Source of the DNA: Tubulanus polymorphus
Lineage: Eukaryota > Animalia > Nemertea
Direction: 5' to 3'
NCBI RefSeq assembly: GCF_964204645.1
Contig: NC_134034.1
Coordinates: 10,986,962-11,050,961, forward strand
DNA length: 64,000 bases
The notes below the pieces were generated by a model, which saw nothing but the letters and a program-made list of their open reading frames with translations, was not told the DNA's origin and did no database searches. Shown one piece after another: positions 14,091 to 27,100 of the stretch (its first letter is position 1; every line of letters starts with the position of its first letter). Made by a program: the position numbers and the translations under genes.

Positions 14091-14212
14091 AGGTTACAGT
14101 CACCCACATAAATGTTGTTGGAACTCGAAGTCAAATTAAATCCACACAACTGTGTTTACACTACAGTCAAATTGGAACCACGTAACTGGAACTAGATTCA
14201 GAGTTTAATTAA

Positions 14213-14486
14213 CCCTTTCAGTGTTGACTTAATAATACCCTATAGTGCTGAAGATAATTTGAAAATATTTAAAAATTCCACCTTAGAGTGCCGAATAACA
14301 GGATGACACTATAGTGCGTCTACACCGCGGTGCAGTGTATCGTTAGTTACTAATATCATTATGTTTGACAGGTGCTGTCATCTTTCATTAGAGATAAAAA
14401 CTAATTACTAATTACATCAATACACTGCAGTGCGGTGTACTAGCAAAATCCATCACTGATTTATACACCGCAGTGCACTGATAAGG
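14213..14486. mobile_element. piggyBac-like MITE copy
   Basis: TTAA|CCCTTTCAGTG...CACTGATAAGG|TTAA. Confidence 0.75.
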
Positions 14487-15184
14487 TTAAAGTGTGTAGA
14501 TGGCATTCACGGCCCTCACTGCTGTAAATTGTGACAATCTCATATTTAAGACGAAGCCGTAAATGACGTCGAGGAACGAACGCGTCGTTAGTTAAACGTC
14601 TGTTCCTCAGCACCTCATTACTCCTCGTTCTCACAGTACCTCGTTACCCCTCGTTCACACGGTTCTCAGACATCTGTTACGACGATCTCAGAACCGAGCG
14701 TCATAAACTCGTCTGATCTACCGCGTGTCGTCGTAATGAAGCTATTTGACGGACCGACCGAGCAGACGGACCGAGCAGACGGACGAACACGACGAGAGAA
14801 TGCGTCGTCATTAGTCACAGACGCACGTAAACCAGCTGTCCACGGCAGCAGACGTAATCCGACGAAGGAAACACGTCATCACGACAACATTCCACCGATA
14901 CGAGAAACCTGTTTCCGATGACTTGTTTAAGCGTTACCGCGGAAGCGATTGTTGGTCATTTTATAGCGTGCGTCGCTAGGGAAATGGTCGTGTTTCGCGG
15001 CGGTAATTGCGAGCGGAGATCGGACGCAGTAGCTCAGCGGTGTCTGAAACATCTATCAGCAAATCCAATCATCAACAGTACAGGGGGTGGGGAGGGGGAG
15101 TACCAGGGGGACGGGAGGGGAGTACCAGGGGGATCATCTGTGAGTATGGATAGATTTTTTTTTCTATACTTATAATCACTCAGA

Positions 15185-15560
15185 AAAACTGCTGACACCT
15201 ATAAACACTCCCTGACACCTGCAGATTACTGCTTACACTCCCTGACATCTGCAGATGACTTTCGACACCTATAAACACTCCCTGATACCTGCAGATAACC
15301 GCTGATACCTGCAGATAACCACTGACACCTATAGACATTCCCTGACACCTGCAGATTATTGCTGACACTCCCTGACATCAGCAGATGACTGTCGACACCT
15401 ATAAACTCTACCTGACACCTGCAGATTACTGCTGACACCTATAAACACTCCCTGACACCACCAGATTACTGCTGACACCTATAAACACTCCCTGACACCT
15501 GCAGATTACTGCAGATACTCCCTGACACCTGCAGATAACTGCTGACACTTTCAGGTAAAC
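15185..15560. repeat. Degenerate tandem repeat (CTGACACCTGCAGATTACTG / CTGACACCTATAAACACTCC)
   Basis: Visible tandem copies. Confidence 0.85.
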
Positions 15561-16157
15561 ACCTGTCATCTATAGTCTACCTGTCTATGCTACCACTGAC
15601 ACTTTCTGGCAACACCTGCACCACCACTGATTCAGACAACTACAGAATGGGAGATGAGGGATGGAAGAGGTGGGAAAGAAAAAGAGGGGAGAGAGGAGAT
15701 TGAGAAGATCGGAGGGGGGGGGTTAGAGAGAGGCGAAAATAGATGAGAGAAAAGATTTGTTGTTCTGATAATAACTAGCTTATAAAACCCTCTTACTTTT
15801 CGTAAACTTCTCAAATGTCGGACCGATGTAAGCTGTAAATACGGCTTACATCGTCATCAGCTTCTTTCATCGAAGCTTATATCGATAACATGAGAGTTGA
15901 TGATGAAGTGAGGTGTGTTCAATAAAATCCATCGAAACACCTTCGATCGACGTAACGCGACGTCGAGCTCTCATCAACGGGGTAACACTATATTCTCCAT
16001 CGAGTCCGTCGTCGTTATTGCCATCGCGGTCAAATTTCGCACGCAGGTCAGCTGGTCTACCGATCGAATTGTCGCGATGTGAGTTTTATAAATCCTGATC
16101 TTAAATTGCGCGCGATGAGATAGTTAATCACAGCTGCAGATGAACAGAGTTACTTAA

Positions 16158-16438
16158 CCCTTTCAGTGCTGACTAGTTAATACCCTATAGTGCTAGAGAT
16201 AATTTGAAAATTTTGAAAAATTCCACCCTTGAATAACGAGAATACCACTTTAATGGGTCTACTCCGCAGTGCGGTGTATCGTTAGTTACTGATATTTCAC
16301 TATGTTTGACAGGTGCTGCCATCTTTCAATAGAGATAAATACTAATTACAAATTACATCAATACACCGCAGTGCGGTGTACTAGCGAAATCTATCACTGA
16401 TTTATACACCGCACTGCGGTGTAGACGCACTGAAAGGG
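16158..16438. mobile_element. piggyBac-like MITE (~280 bp), best-preserved copy; a degenerate second copy follows at ~16480-16700
   Basis: TTAA|CCCTTTCAGTGC...GCACTGAAAGGG|TTAA; internal palindromes TACACCGCAGTGCGGTGTA. Confidence 0.85.
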
Positions 16439-17699
16439 TTAAACGATTCCTCGGTTGATATTTGACTATAGATTTAAAGCCCTCTCGGTGCTGGCTGATT
16501 GATACTTAAAAGTGCTGGAGATGATTTGAATATCTTTCGAAAACCTCAGTGCGGTGTATAACGCATATACCGCTATACAGGTGCTGCCATCTTTCGTTAC
16601 AGATACGAACTAATTTCTAATGACTCAATACACGGTGATGCGGTGTACTGGCGAAGTCCATCACCGATCGATACACCGCACTGCGGTGAAGATACATTGC
16701 AAAATGCTGAAAAATTGGAAATGGACTCTTAATTTCTAGTGTCAAAGATTATTGTGGAAGCATTTGAACTATACTTATGAGCATTTTATAACTTGTCCAG
16801 TTTCAGGTTAAACTCAAATTTTTGGCCAACTTTTCAAACTCGACCGTTTTTGCCGTTGAATTTTTCATGAAACTGAACCCTGGGCCGGGTGTACATTTAT
16901 GAAACCCCTGTAATAGACTCTGATGAGATCTCTTCGATCAAGCTGTTTGTTTTGTTAGGAAAGGAAAGTGTTTTCGCACCTGTACGCGAAAGTAACTCGA
17001 AGCGGCAGGAAAAATTCCCACAGAAATCCATCGTTGAATAAAATCTTAAATCACACCCTCGAGAACCGTAGAACTTCGGCGCTGGATCGCTGATAGCTGA
17101 ATATAGGAGCAACTTTTTCGCCTTGTGGACTGGTTCCTATACACGCAGCCCCTCACTGGACTGGTTCAGTAATGTAAATCGATGATCCATTACGTGGTCA
17201 TCAATCTTGCGATAAAACCACAATTGACCGCGGCTGCTGCTGCTGTCTGCCGCAAAAAAAAAACGTTTTATCGCTCAACAATAGTCTCGTTCCGTGGCAA
17301 CGAAAACCATGACAACAATACAAATGTAATATTTATTGGCAGACGCGGGTAGCGGGTAGACTGGTTTATTGGCGTTTTATGTATCCGATGGTAAACAGTT
17401 TTAAGAGTCATTTGACCTGAAATATTGCGTAGTGGTTTCCCTCGCGAGGAACGCATATATCTCATTTTCATCTTATAGTATAAAAAACACTGAATAATGT
17501 TTCACTGAATACATTCACCGCAGACTCTTGTATGGATAATAGATATCATTTATAAGTATATTATTTCTCGACTTATGACTGGATCCGGTTCCACAGTTTC
17601 TGCTGTTATATGGTTTTAGTGGATCTCCGCATCCAGTTCCAGTTTCTATATGACTCTGAACTCAGTTCCACAGTTGTGTTAATTTGACACTGGGTCTAA

Positions 17700-18010
17700 T
17701 TCCAGTGTGTGGGTTTAATCTGACCCTAGACCCAGTTCCACAGTTGTGTGGGTTTAATCTAACCCTAGACCCAGTTCCACAGTTGTGTGGGTTTAATCTG
17801 ACCCTAGACCCCGTTCCACAGTTGTGTGGGTTTAATCTGACCCTAGACCCAGTTCCACAGTTGTGTGGGTTTAATCTGACCCTAGACCCAGTTCCACAGT
17901 TGTGTGGGTTTAATCTGATACTAGACCCAGTTCCACAGTTGTGTAGGTTTAATCTGACCCTAGACCAAGTTCCAGTTGTGTGGGTTTAATCTGACCCTAG
18001 ACTCAGTTCC
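17700..18010. repeat. 39-bp tandem repeat
   Basis: CCAGTTCCACAGTTGTGTGGGTTTAATCTGACCCTAGAC, about 8 copies. Confidence 0.92.
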
Positions 18011-18544
18011 ACAGTGGAGGGTGTTTCATTTGACTGTGGACCCAGTTCCACAGTTGTGTAGAAAAATAGAATCTTCTTGTGTAAGAAATGCTGGATTGTT
18101 CTGCCTCGCGTTGAAAAGTGGCGTTTAGCTTCACGTGTGCTAAGTACTGTATAATGAACGTAATAAATTGTCAGCGGCGGCCATGTTGATGGTCTGCTGG
18201 GTTGGCGTGGTGACAAAGCATAGTTTGATGAAGAGCGATTGGTCGTTTATGGTTAAACGTGATAATTAGCATCCGCGTTAGTAGCAAGTTTCTGGATGAC
18301 TTCGTGAGGCAGGATTTCATATCACTCACTTAACACTGAACAGGAACTGAGCAGAAACTGAGCTGCAACTGAGCTGCAACTGAGCAGGAACTCGATGTCT
18401 CAAATGAACGACAAGTTTTTGCTAATTGCAAATAATTAATTACATGAACAGATGAAGTTTCATTGTAACCCGGGTTCCTGGGTATTGGTTCTGGTATCTG
18501 TTCCAACTATAGAACTAGAGAGTTCTGGATTCATTTAAACAGCC

Positions 18545-19180
18545 CTGTTCCACAGTTCCACAGTTGTGGACCCTGTTCCACAGTTGTGGACACAGTTCCA
18601 CAGTTGTGGATACAGTTCCACAGTTCTGGACTCAGTTCCACAGTTGTGGATACAGTTCCACAGTTCTGGACTCAGTTCCATAGTTGTGGACACAGTTCCA
18701 CAGTTCTGGGCTCAGTTCCACAGTTCTGGAACCAGTTCCACAGTTCTGGACTCAGTTCCATAGTTGTGGACACAGTTCCACAGTTGTGGACACAGTTCCA
18801 TAGTTGTGGACACAGTTCCACAGTTGTGGACACAGTTCCATAGTTGTGGATACAGTTCCACAGTTCTGGACTCAGCTCCATAGTTGTGGACACAGTTCCA
18901 CAGTTCTGGACTCAGTTCCACAGATCTGGGCTCAGTTCCACAGTTGTGGACACAGTTCCACAGATCTGGGCTCAGTTCCACAGTTGTGGACACAGTTCCA
19001 CAGTTCTGGACTCAGTTCCACAGATCTGGGCTCAGTTCCACAGTTGTGGACACAGTTCCACAGATCTGGGCTCAGTTCCACAGTTGTGGACACAGTTCCA
19101 CAGTTCTGGGCTCAGTTCCACAGTTCTGGAACCAGTTCCACAGTTCTGGACACAGTTCCACAGTTCTGGGCTCAGTTGCT
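18545..19180. repeat. 20-bp tandem repeat (CAGTTCCACAGTTGTGGACA)n; related arrays at 51330-51590 and 57980-58500
   Basis: Visible tandem copies sharing the CAGTTCCACAGTT core. Confidence 0.95.
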
Positions 19181-20114
19181 GAGCAGGACCCTGTTTGTCT
19201 GTTTGTTTTGGCGTTACGTAGTCGCTTGGATCTTCGTTTCCCACGACTAACGCTATTGGATTATTCATTTAACCTCACAACGACGGGATCACGGCCTTTG
19301 AAGTGTTGCCGCACATTGTAAGCAGCCAACATGACTCGAACCCACTTGTCACTCGGCACTGATAGATACTTCGACATAAAAATATGACAAATGATAAAGA
19401 TTAAAGGATTAAGATTAAAGTAATTATTAAATAACAAAAACCGGAACACTAAGGAAGAAAACAAAGAAGGCAAACGACAAACTAAGGGGATGTAGTCAAG
19501 ATTATAGTAATCAAAAAACAAAGCCCAGAGGGTTCAAAGGCAGACAAACTAAGGGTTAATCAGACAAAAACAAAAGGCAAGAACATCGAAGGGATAATCA
19601 AGAAAACTATCATTCTGATATAGAATTTTTCAATCTTGGCTTCGTTATTGTGGGATTTCTCTCTCGTCATACTTCGACATGGTCAGGTGTATCAGGAATC
19701 AGTTGGTGTGGATACATTGATCAGCCACTATTGTATCAGTAATCGGCAATGTGCTGTTGATACTACGTATCAAGAACGTGGATACGGCGATAACGCGCTG
19801 GTTGGTGTATTATTGATGAGATTCGTGTATTCAGTGCCGGTTCAGTGAAACAGGAAATATTGAATCACGATTCGACGATTCATCTAAATTAAATCGTTCA
19901 CACTTCGCATGATTCCTCGCGACCCCCGCTCCCCCTCCCCCTCTCGCTCCGCTGCGTGATGGTATAAAACTGATTTGAATTACGACGAAACAATGAGTCT
20001 AAATCGATATCGCGTTTAATTAAATGTTTCTGCGTTAATTGGTTAATGCACTGTGTATTGATTTTTAAATGAAACCCCCGCGATTCATTAGCAGCAGATT
20101 CCATCAAATCAGCA

Positions 20115-20510
20115 TCTTACTGGTACCTCTATAGCAGCTAGTGCAGCAGCTCTTGGCTTTACTGGTACCTCTATAGCAGCTAGTGCAGCAGCTCTTGGCT
20201 TTACTGGTACCTGCAGTAGCCGGCACGGCAGCTGTGGGCTTTACTGGTACCTGCAGTAGCCAGCACGGCAGCCCTGGGCTTTACTGGTACCTGCAATAGC
20301 CGGCACGGCAGCTGTGGGCTTTACTGGTACCTGCAGTAGCCGGCACGGCAGCTGTGGGCTTTACTGGTACCTGCAGTAGCCAGCACGGCAGCCCTGGGCT
20401 TTACTGGTACCTGCAGTAGCCAGCACGGCAGCCCTGGGCTTTACTGGTACCTGCAGTAGCCAGCACGGCAGCTGTGGGCTTTACTGGTACCTGCAGTAGC
20501 CAGCACAGTC
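20115..20510. repeat. 40-bp tandem repeat (CTTTACTGGTACCTGCAGTAGCCAGCACGGCAGCCCTGGG)n
   Basis: TTACTGGTAC recurs every 40 bp. Confidence 0.92.
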
Positions 20511-20745
20511 GTAAATTAATTCCAAAAGTGTTCATAAGTTTTAGACTGGCTTTAAGTTGTAGATTGGATATCGAATTAAGTTGGTCTAATGTGGTCTTTA
20601 ATCTCAGTATTGTCTTTGCAACTTGGCCTAGGGTTTTACTGGTATCCCTAGCTAGTGCAACAGGCCTGGGGTTTACTGGTACTCTAGAAGCTAGCACGGC
20701 ATCCCTGGAGTTTACCGGTACCCCAAATAGCGAGCTCACCAGCCC

Positions 20746-21030
20746 AGGGGCCGATTCCTCAGTTGAGACTTAAGTCCAAAAATGGTCTTAAATTTTAAGG
20801 CTGGTCTTAAGTTGTTAGATTGGCTTAAGAACTAACATGGTCTTAAATTGGTCTTAAGTCTAAGCCGTGACTATGGAACCAGCCCCTGGGGCCAGTTGCA
20901 CAGTCGTGACTTAAGTCCAAAAGTGGTCTTAAATCTTAAGACTGGTCTTAAGTTGTTAGATTGGTTATAGAACTAAGTTGGTCTTAGACTGGTTTTAATT
21001 CTAAGCCATGACTATGGAACCGGCCCCTGG
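20746..21030. mobile_element. Two tandem copies of a MITE (GGGGCC...GACTTAAG...GGAACC.GCCCC); derived fragments and arrays at 30400-30450, 41080-41300 and 61380-61800
   Basis: Inverted termini and shared GACTGGTCTTAAG internal repeats. Confidence 0.6.
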
Positions 21031-21794
21031 GGCTTAACTGGTAGCCATTATAGTAGCCATCTCATCTGGAACTGCAGCTAGAATCATCTCATTCCTCTCA
21101 CACTGTTCACTGATGACATCAGCCGTTTCTACTGATGATATACTTGAGTAATTAATGTCAATAGAATGAATGTTTGATCGAATACCAGGTTTCAGAGGAA
21201 GAGGAGAGAGAAGAGCGATGAGGAGAGAGAAGAGATGAGAGAAGAGCGATGAGGAGATGTATAATTGAATGTAACTCACACCTCTCTCTGATCTATCATT
21301 AATAGTCTCTGTAGATGATGTAACTGACAAGTCTCACGTCACCCGACACCCCCCTCCCCCCCGAGACCCCCTGAGAAACTCAAACGACAAATTGATCGAA
21401 TGGTTAACCACTTTCGCGTCGTCCTACCGATTCATTCTCCGATTCATTCTCCGATTCATACTCGGCGCACAGTGCGAGAGAGATCTCGACAATTTTGAAG
21501 AGATCTCGAGAAGTTGATCCGGTGAAATTGAGATGTTCCATTCGTCGTCGTCGTCGTCGTTAAGCGAAGTGCGTAAATTGAGAACCGTCATTTTTTTTAA
21601 AGAGTTTCGCTATTAAGTTGAAAGTACCGAGATATTTGTCACACAAGAACATCTCGAAAAGTTTTCATCTCAAGAGTTTCATTGGAAAAAAAACGTTTTA
21701 CTCCGAAATGGATTTCATTTCTTCAGAAATTCATTTAGCAGTTTTAGTGAATCTGCTTCTGGGGGTCGTGTTTCATGAAAATGTTTAAGCTCAA

Positions 21795-21980
21795 AACCAC
21801 CTCACCTGATGAGGGGGCCATCACCTCACCTAGAGAGGGATATCACTTCACTGATGAGGGGTATCACCTCACCTGATGAGGGGGGTATCACCTCACCTGA
21901 TAAGGTGGTATCACCTCACCTGATGAGGGGGGTATCACCTCACCTGATAAGGTGGTATCTCCTCACTGATGAGGGGATAT
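21795..21980. repeat. ~22-bp tandem repeat (ATCACCTCACCTGATGAGGGG)n
   Basis: Visible tandem copies. Confidence 0.85.
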
Positions 21981-22569
21981 GATTGCAAAAAAATCTGCAT
22001 TATTCAATAAACTGTTCAAATGCTCATTAGAAAATGAACTTCATTTTGTTACCATTTTCACACATTTTTTGTCAGCCTCCCTCAACCGAAGTTAAACCAA
22101 AAGATTTGGTTTTGATGACGTTTTCTCAGTAAACGGTTGTCATTTTTTCTCTAGTCAATGTTTGTCGATTCTGTTCACGTAGTTTACGCAGTTTATTCAG
22201 GAAATAACAACCTCCGTTGTCGGTACATGACAAACGGCTAATGTCCGTTACTCACTTGCCATTGCCTGCTGCCATTACAACGCTCGTTATCTGCGTAAAA
22301 ATTTACGTCGAAATCTGAACGTACGCCTGCAGGGAATTAGACGCACTAATTTTTGGAATATTTTTTTCCGCCATTTGCAAGCAGGTATGCCTGAGTTTCA
22401 TACAATTTGAGTGAGCGCAAAATAATCCTAGCCAGGAACATTTTGAAATTTGTCGGTTATTACCATGGTTTCTCATTGTTGGTGTCGTTGTCACACGGGT
22501 TGAGGATTTACCCCTAGGGGTAACTTTGATGTAGCCGGTCTATAAAACTAGGCCCAGGACTTGAGACAT

Positions 22570-22960
22570 GAGAGAGGGATAGAGGAGAGAGGGGAAGAGG
22601 GAGAAAGGGGAGAGAGTGAAATAAGAGAGAGGTCAGTCGGAGAGAAACGAGGGATGAGAGAGAGGAGAGACTGGAGTTGAGAGGTCAGTGAGGGGAGAGT
22701 AGAGAGGAGATAGAGGTCAGGGAGAGTTGAGAGGTCAAACAGGGAGAGAAGAGAGGTGAGAGAGGTCAGTCAGGGAGAGTAGAGAGGTCATTCAGGGAGA
22801 TTAGAGACGAGAGGTCAGTCAGGGAGAGTACAGAGGTGAGAGGTCAGTCAGGCAGAGTAGAGAGGAGAGACTAGGGTGGTGTGAGAGGTCAGTCAGGGAA
22901 AGAGAGGTCAGGGAGAGTAGAGAGGAGAGAGAGGTCGGGGAAAGTAGAGAGGTCAGTCGT
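22570..22960. repeat. GA-rich degenerate repeat (GAGAGGTCAGTCAGGGAGAGTA)
   Basis: Low-complexity purine tract. Confidence 0.85.
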
Positions 22961-24167
22961 AGGTTAACTACCGATCTGTGTCTAATGATTGTTTGAATGT
23001 AAATCAGATTTTACCCGTGATGTGAAATTATTTCACGTTTCGTTAAACAAAGAGATTTATTTCAACATCCGTCCGCCTTCAACGACGCGTGGCTCGAATT
23101 CACAATCGCGAAACTTCAAACGGGAAAACAACTATTTGAAGTTTACACAGAAGCACGATGGAATGAATTCATTCGTTTTATGCTCAATGCATGCACGATG
23201 CAGGGAAACACAGGATGAAACAAGTTTCATCTCGAAAACGCTGTTTACTGAAACTGTGTTTCTCGTATGTACATACGGCACAGGGAAACAGAAACGCAAT
23301 GAAACATGTTTCATCTAGGAAACTTTGTTTCCTGAAACTGTGTTTCTCGTAAATATACACAATACAGGGAAACCTTCAGAAACGTTCTGTTTGTCTTCTG
23401 TTTCCATGTTTCACACACAAAGCATAGCAACACAGAAACACAGAATGAAACATGTTTCATCTCGGAAACTTTGTTTGGACCCTGAGAAACTCTCGGAAAC
23501 ATCGTGTTTCCCTACGTTGATCTTAACTTCGCGCCTCCCTTCGCTGATTTCTGAAAATGTCTGGGTTTAGATTTTCGAGACGATGATATTTAAAACTGGG
23601 CGTTTTGAACGTCTGTAGTTGTATATAAAGACTGTACCAGCGCTGTTGAAACGCATTTTCTCTCTCTCAGACTCCACTTATCGGTTTTATCTCAGTTTAT
23701 GATGTAATCAACACTTAAAGCGTTCGATAATTAATGACTTACATTGATTACACAGGTTTACTGGTTTCAATCAGCTCAGGAGCGCTAGTGATAACTTTTG
23801 AGATTAGTAGCCTTTTTCACAAGGGAGGAGTTATATATAGACTGACAGCTAGGTTGAGAGTTAGGCTGAGGGGGGAGATAGGCTGAGAGTTAGGCTGTGG
23901 GGGGGGGCAAGGTTTAGAGTTTGGAATGGCGAACCACCCGACTGAGGGCGGTCGCTGTAGTTTGGAACTATTTCCAATATGGCCGAAACTGAGGCTGAGA
24001 GTTAGGCTGAGGGGGAGCTAGGCTGAGAGTTAGGCTGAGGGGGGAGATAGGCTGAGAGTTAGGCTGTGGGGAGCTTGGCTGTTGGGGGAATTAGACCTAG
24101 AGTTTGGCTGTGATTGCTGATTCGGCATTATTCTCAAAACTCATGTGAAATTGTTTGTATTTTGCAG

Positions 24168-27100
24168 ATTTTTTATACAGAAATGAAGATTTCTACGTGA
24201 ATCATTGTCACACAGCGAGCGGTTTTACGGTCTGTAGTCAACATGTTTCATTGTTGCATCATCGACGTAAAAGAGCGGATACCGGCGGCAACAATACAAC
24301 AATACCCGCTCCTACGTTACCTGTAGCGACCGAGAATCCGCCTGCTTTCACTTCACCGCGGCAACCGTCGACCGTAACCGCGGGCAACAATGCGTCGTCG
24401 TCGATGGCGACGACGGAGCAACAACAGCGGTCATCGTCCCCGTTGCCGACAGCGACCTCGACAATATCGACCGGTAAACCAACGACGACCTTGAAGCCGA
24501 CGACGCCGGCGCCACCTACGTTATCACCGTGGAACTTCACCGTTCTAGAGGTACCCGATATATGAAAGAAACCTCCTTCAATCCCCCTATGACATCATAA
24601 TCTCATTGCGGTATCGTGTTTGTATTTCAGGATAAGAACCACACGTATTACGTATCTCAACATTTCGCTGCTGAAAAAGCGAAACCTTATTTAATCGATA
24701 TCAATAACATTCCAAACGGCAAAGTGAAAACACATTTAGTTCTGTCAGAGTCGCACCGGACAGCAGGGGTGAGTACTCATACTCAGGGGGCAGCAGGGGT
24801 GAGTACTCATAGTCAGGGCCGCAGCAGGGCTGAGTACTCACATTCAGGGCCGCAGCAGGGGTGAGTACTGACACTCAGGGGGCAGCAGGGGTGAGTACTG
24901 ACACTCAGGGGCAGCAGGGGTGAGTATTCATACTCAGGGGGCAGCACGGGTGAGTACTCAGACTCATGGGGCAGTACGGGTGAGTACTCAGACTCAGGGC
25001 TGCAGCAGAGCTGAGTACTCAGACTCAGAACAGCAGGGGTGAGTACTCAGACTCAGGGCCGCAGCAGGGCTGAGTACTCAGAGCTGCAGCTGCAGCAGGG
25101 CTGAGTACTCAGGCCAATGGGCTGAATAAAGATGTAAATAAGCTTGGATGGTGTTAAGCAGGGGTGAGTATAACTCAAATATGGACACTGGGCGAGGGGG
25201 GATGGTGAATCGGTATCGAGTTGAATTCATTCATGTAAAAATGAAATCAATATTTAAAAATGAAAACATTTTGATGAAACTCTGCTTTGTACGACGCGTT
25301 ACAAATCCACGTTCTATTCATGCATCGCGAACAACGTAAATGAATTTTCTGTGTTTCTCAATTTTTGTAGACCGTCAAATTATCGTTCAAATTCTCTTTT
25401 TACGGGCACGAAATCGAACAAGTAACCATAGCAACGGGAGGTGAGTACTATACGGCGTCGGTCTACGGCCTGATTCTCAAATCGTTTTATTTGATTTCCT
25501 CCAAATTAATTTAAAATCAATTCAATTTTACTCCCTCTCTCCCTCTTCATCCCTCCCTCTCGTTTTGACTCACACTATCGTCCTCTCCCTCTTTCCTCTC
25601 TTTCCCTCTCACTCTCCCCCTCTCACTCTCTTCTCTCTCCCTCTCACTCTCTTCCTCTCCCCTCCTCTCTCCCTCTCCCAAGAAATATTCAATTATTTTG
25701 AAATCGTCGTCTGCCAATCAATTTAAAACGGTGCTGATTGTTGAAAACGGAAAGTATCCAATAGCGACTAAACTGCAATTTCATCAGAAATTCCCCGCCC
25801 CCTCGAGATGAAAACACTCGAAAACTTCGACGATCACAATCATTTTTTAATTTTCAATTTCTCCACGATTTCTGACTTCGAAATCTCGATTATATCCATA
25901 GAGCGTTTAGTGTCGGGTTTTATGACAGTGTTTAATTGGAATTCGAATGTCATCTTAACTTCGGGCTTCAGGCTGTAGACGGATAGAGTTCACTTCGGTC
26001 TAACGAGTATTTTCTAACGCTCTCGAAAGAGTTCAGTCTGAGATGATAAGAAAACTCTACGCGAAGTGTTCGTAACATTAGCGTGCCGTTGATTCACAAT
26101 CGTCTGCTAGGCCGATACGGTAAACTGCGTTTCAAGTCGAGATGAGAATTTAGAAAAAAAGAACAAAACATTGATTACCGCCATCAAAAGGGCATACATT
26201 TTACCAACACGCCATCTATTAATTTTTCGCCATATCAGTAACTATATTCAGCCGCCCACTTTAATTTTGAAAAGAAAACATATTTTCACAATATTCATTT
26301 TTCCCTATCTACCTACGCTACAAAATTTTGGGCATAAACCGTTAACAAACATATTATTTCACTACGAAATTGTGAAAATAAGTAAAATGCAACATAGAAT
26401 AGAGCTTCGTACGCTAAAAACTCTGAAGAGGAATCGTGCCCTTGTCAAACAAGCTCCTGTTTTCGAGGTAAACCACTTTGCCCGTGGGCAATTTATTTGC
26501 CATATTAGTAACTAACTATATAAATTAGTAACGAGTCTATCTGTTACTGACTTTTACCGAATCTATCTGTTACCGACTATGAGTGTATCTGTTACTTTAT
26601 CTGTAATTATAATTAACTGTAACGGTAACTGTAACAGTAATTGTAATTGTGAATGTAATTTCACTTGCTCTATACTGGTCTCATCTGTGATGATAGTTAT
26701 ATAATGTATATCAAATTACACGATGATGATAGAAGATTAGATCAATGTATTTGGCTTCATTTAATTTGTTGTTCGTTTGAGTGAAGCCTTAAAAATTCTC
26801 TCCGAGTTGATTTAATCACTCGCCCCGCGGCGGTGGCGGCTTATACCACCGCAATTTGAGTCGAGCAGATCATATCAGAGAACATATCTGCCTCCATTAA
26901 TCCCCCTACGACATCATCAAATTGATCTATGGCACTTCCAGAAACGATGTCCGCCTCAATAAATCACCCTATGACATCATCAAATTCAATTATCGACACT
27001 TCCAGAAAAGATGGCTGCCTCTATAAATCCCCCTATGACATCATCAAATTGATCCGAACCCACTTCCAGAAAAGATGGCTGTCTCCATAAATCACCCTAT

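Noticed and set aside
11647-14149. Four ~800-aa ORFs as real proteins, or the array as a CRISPR
   Set aside because: They result from a stop-free 42-bp minisatellite; there are no unique spacers and the context is eukaryotic.
15820-15862. Hammerhead candidate (minus-strand CTGATGA plus a long hairpin)
   Set aside because: The stem is not followed by GAAA.
18566-19321. Repetitive WTQFHS ORFs
   Set aside because: Derived from a 20-bp tandem repeat.
22440-22500. Hydrophobic frame LLPWFLIVGVVVTR as PLXDC exon 1
   Set aside because: In-frame TGA upstream, no ATG, and a weak donor.
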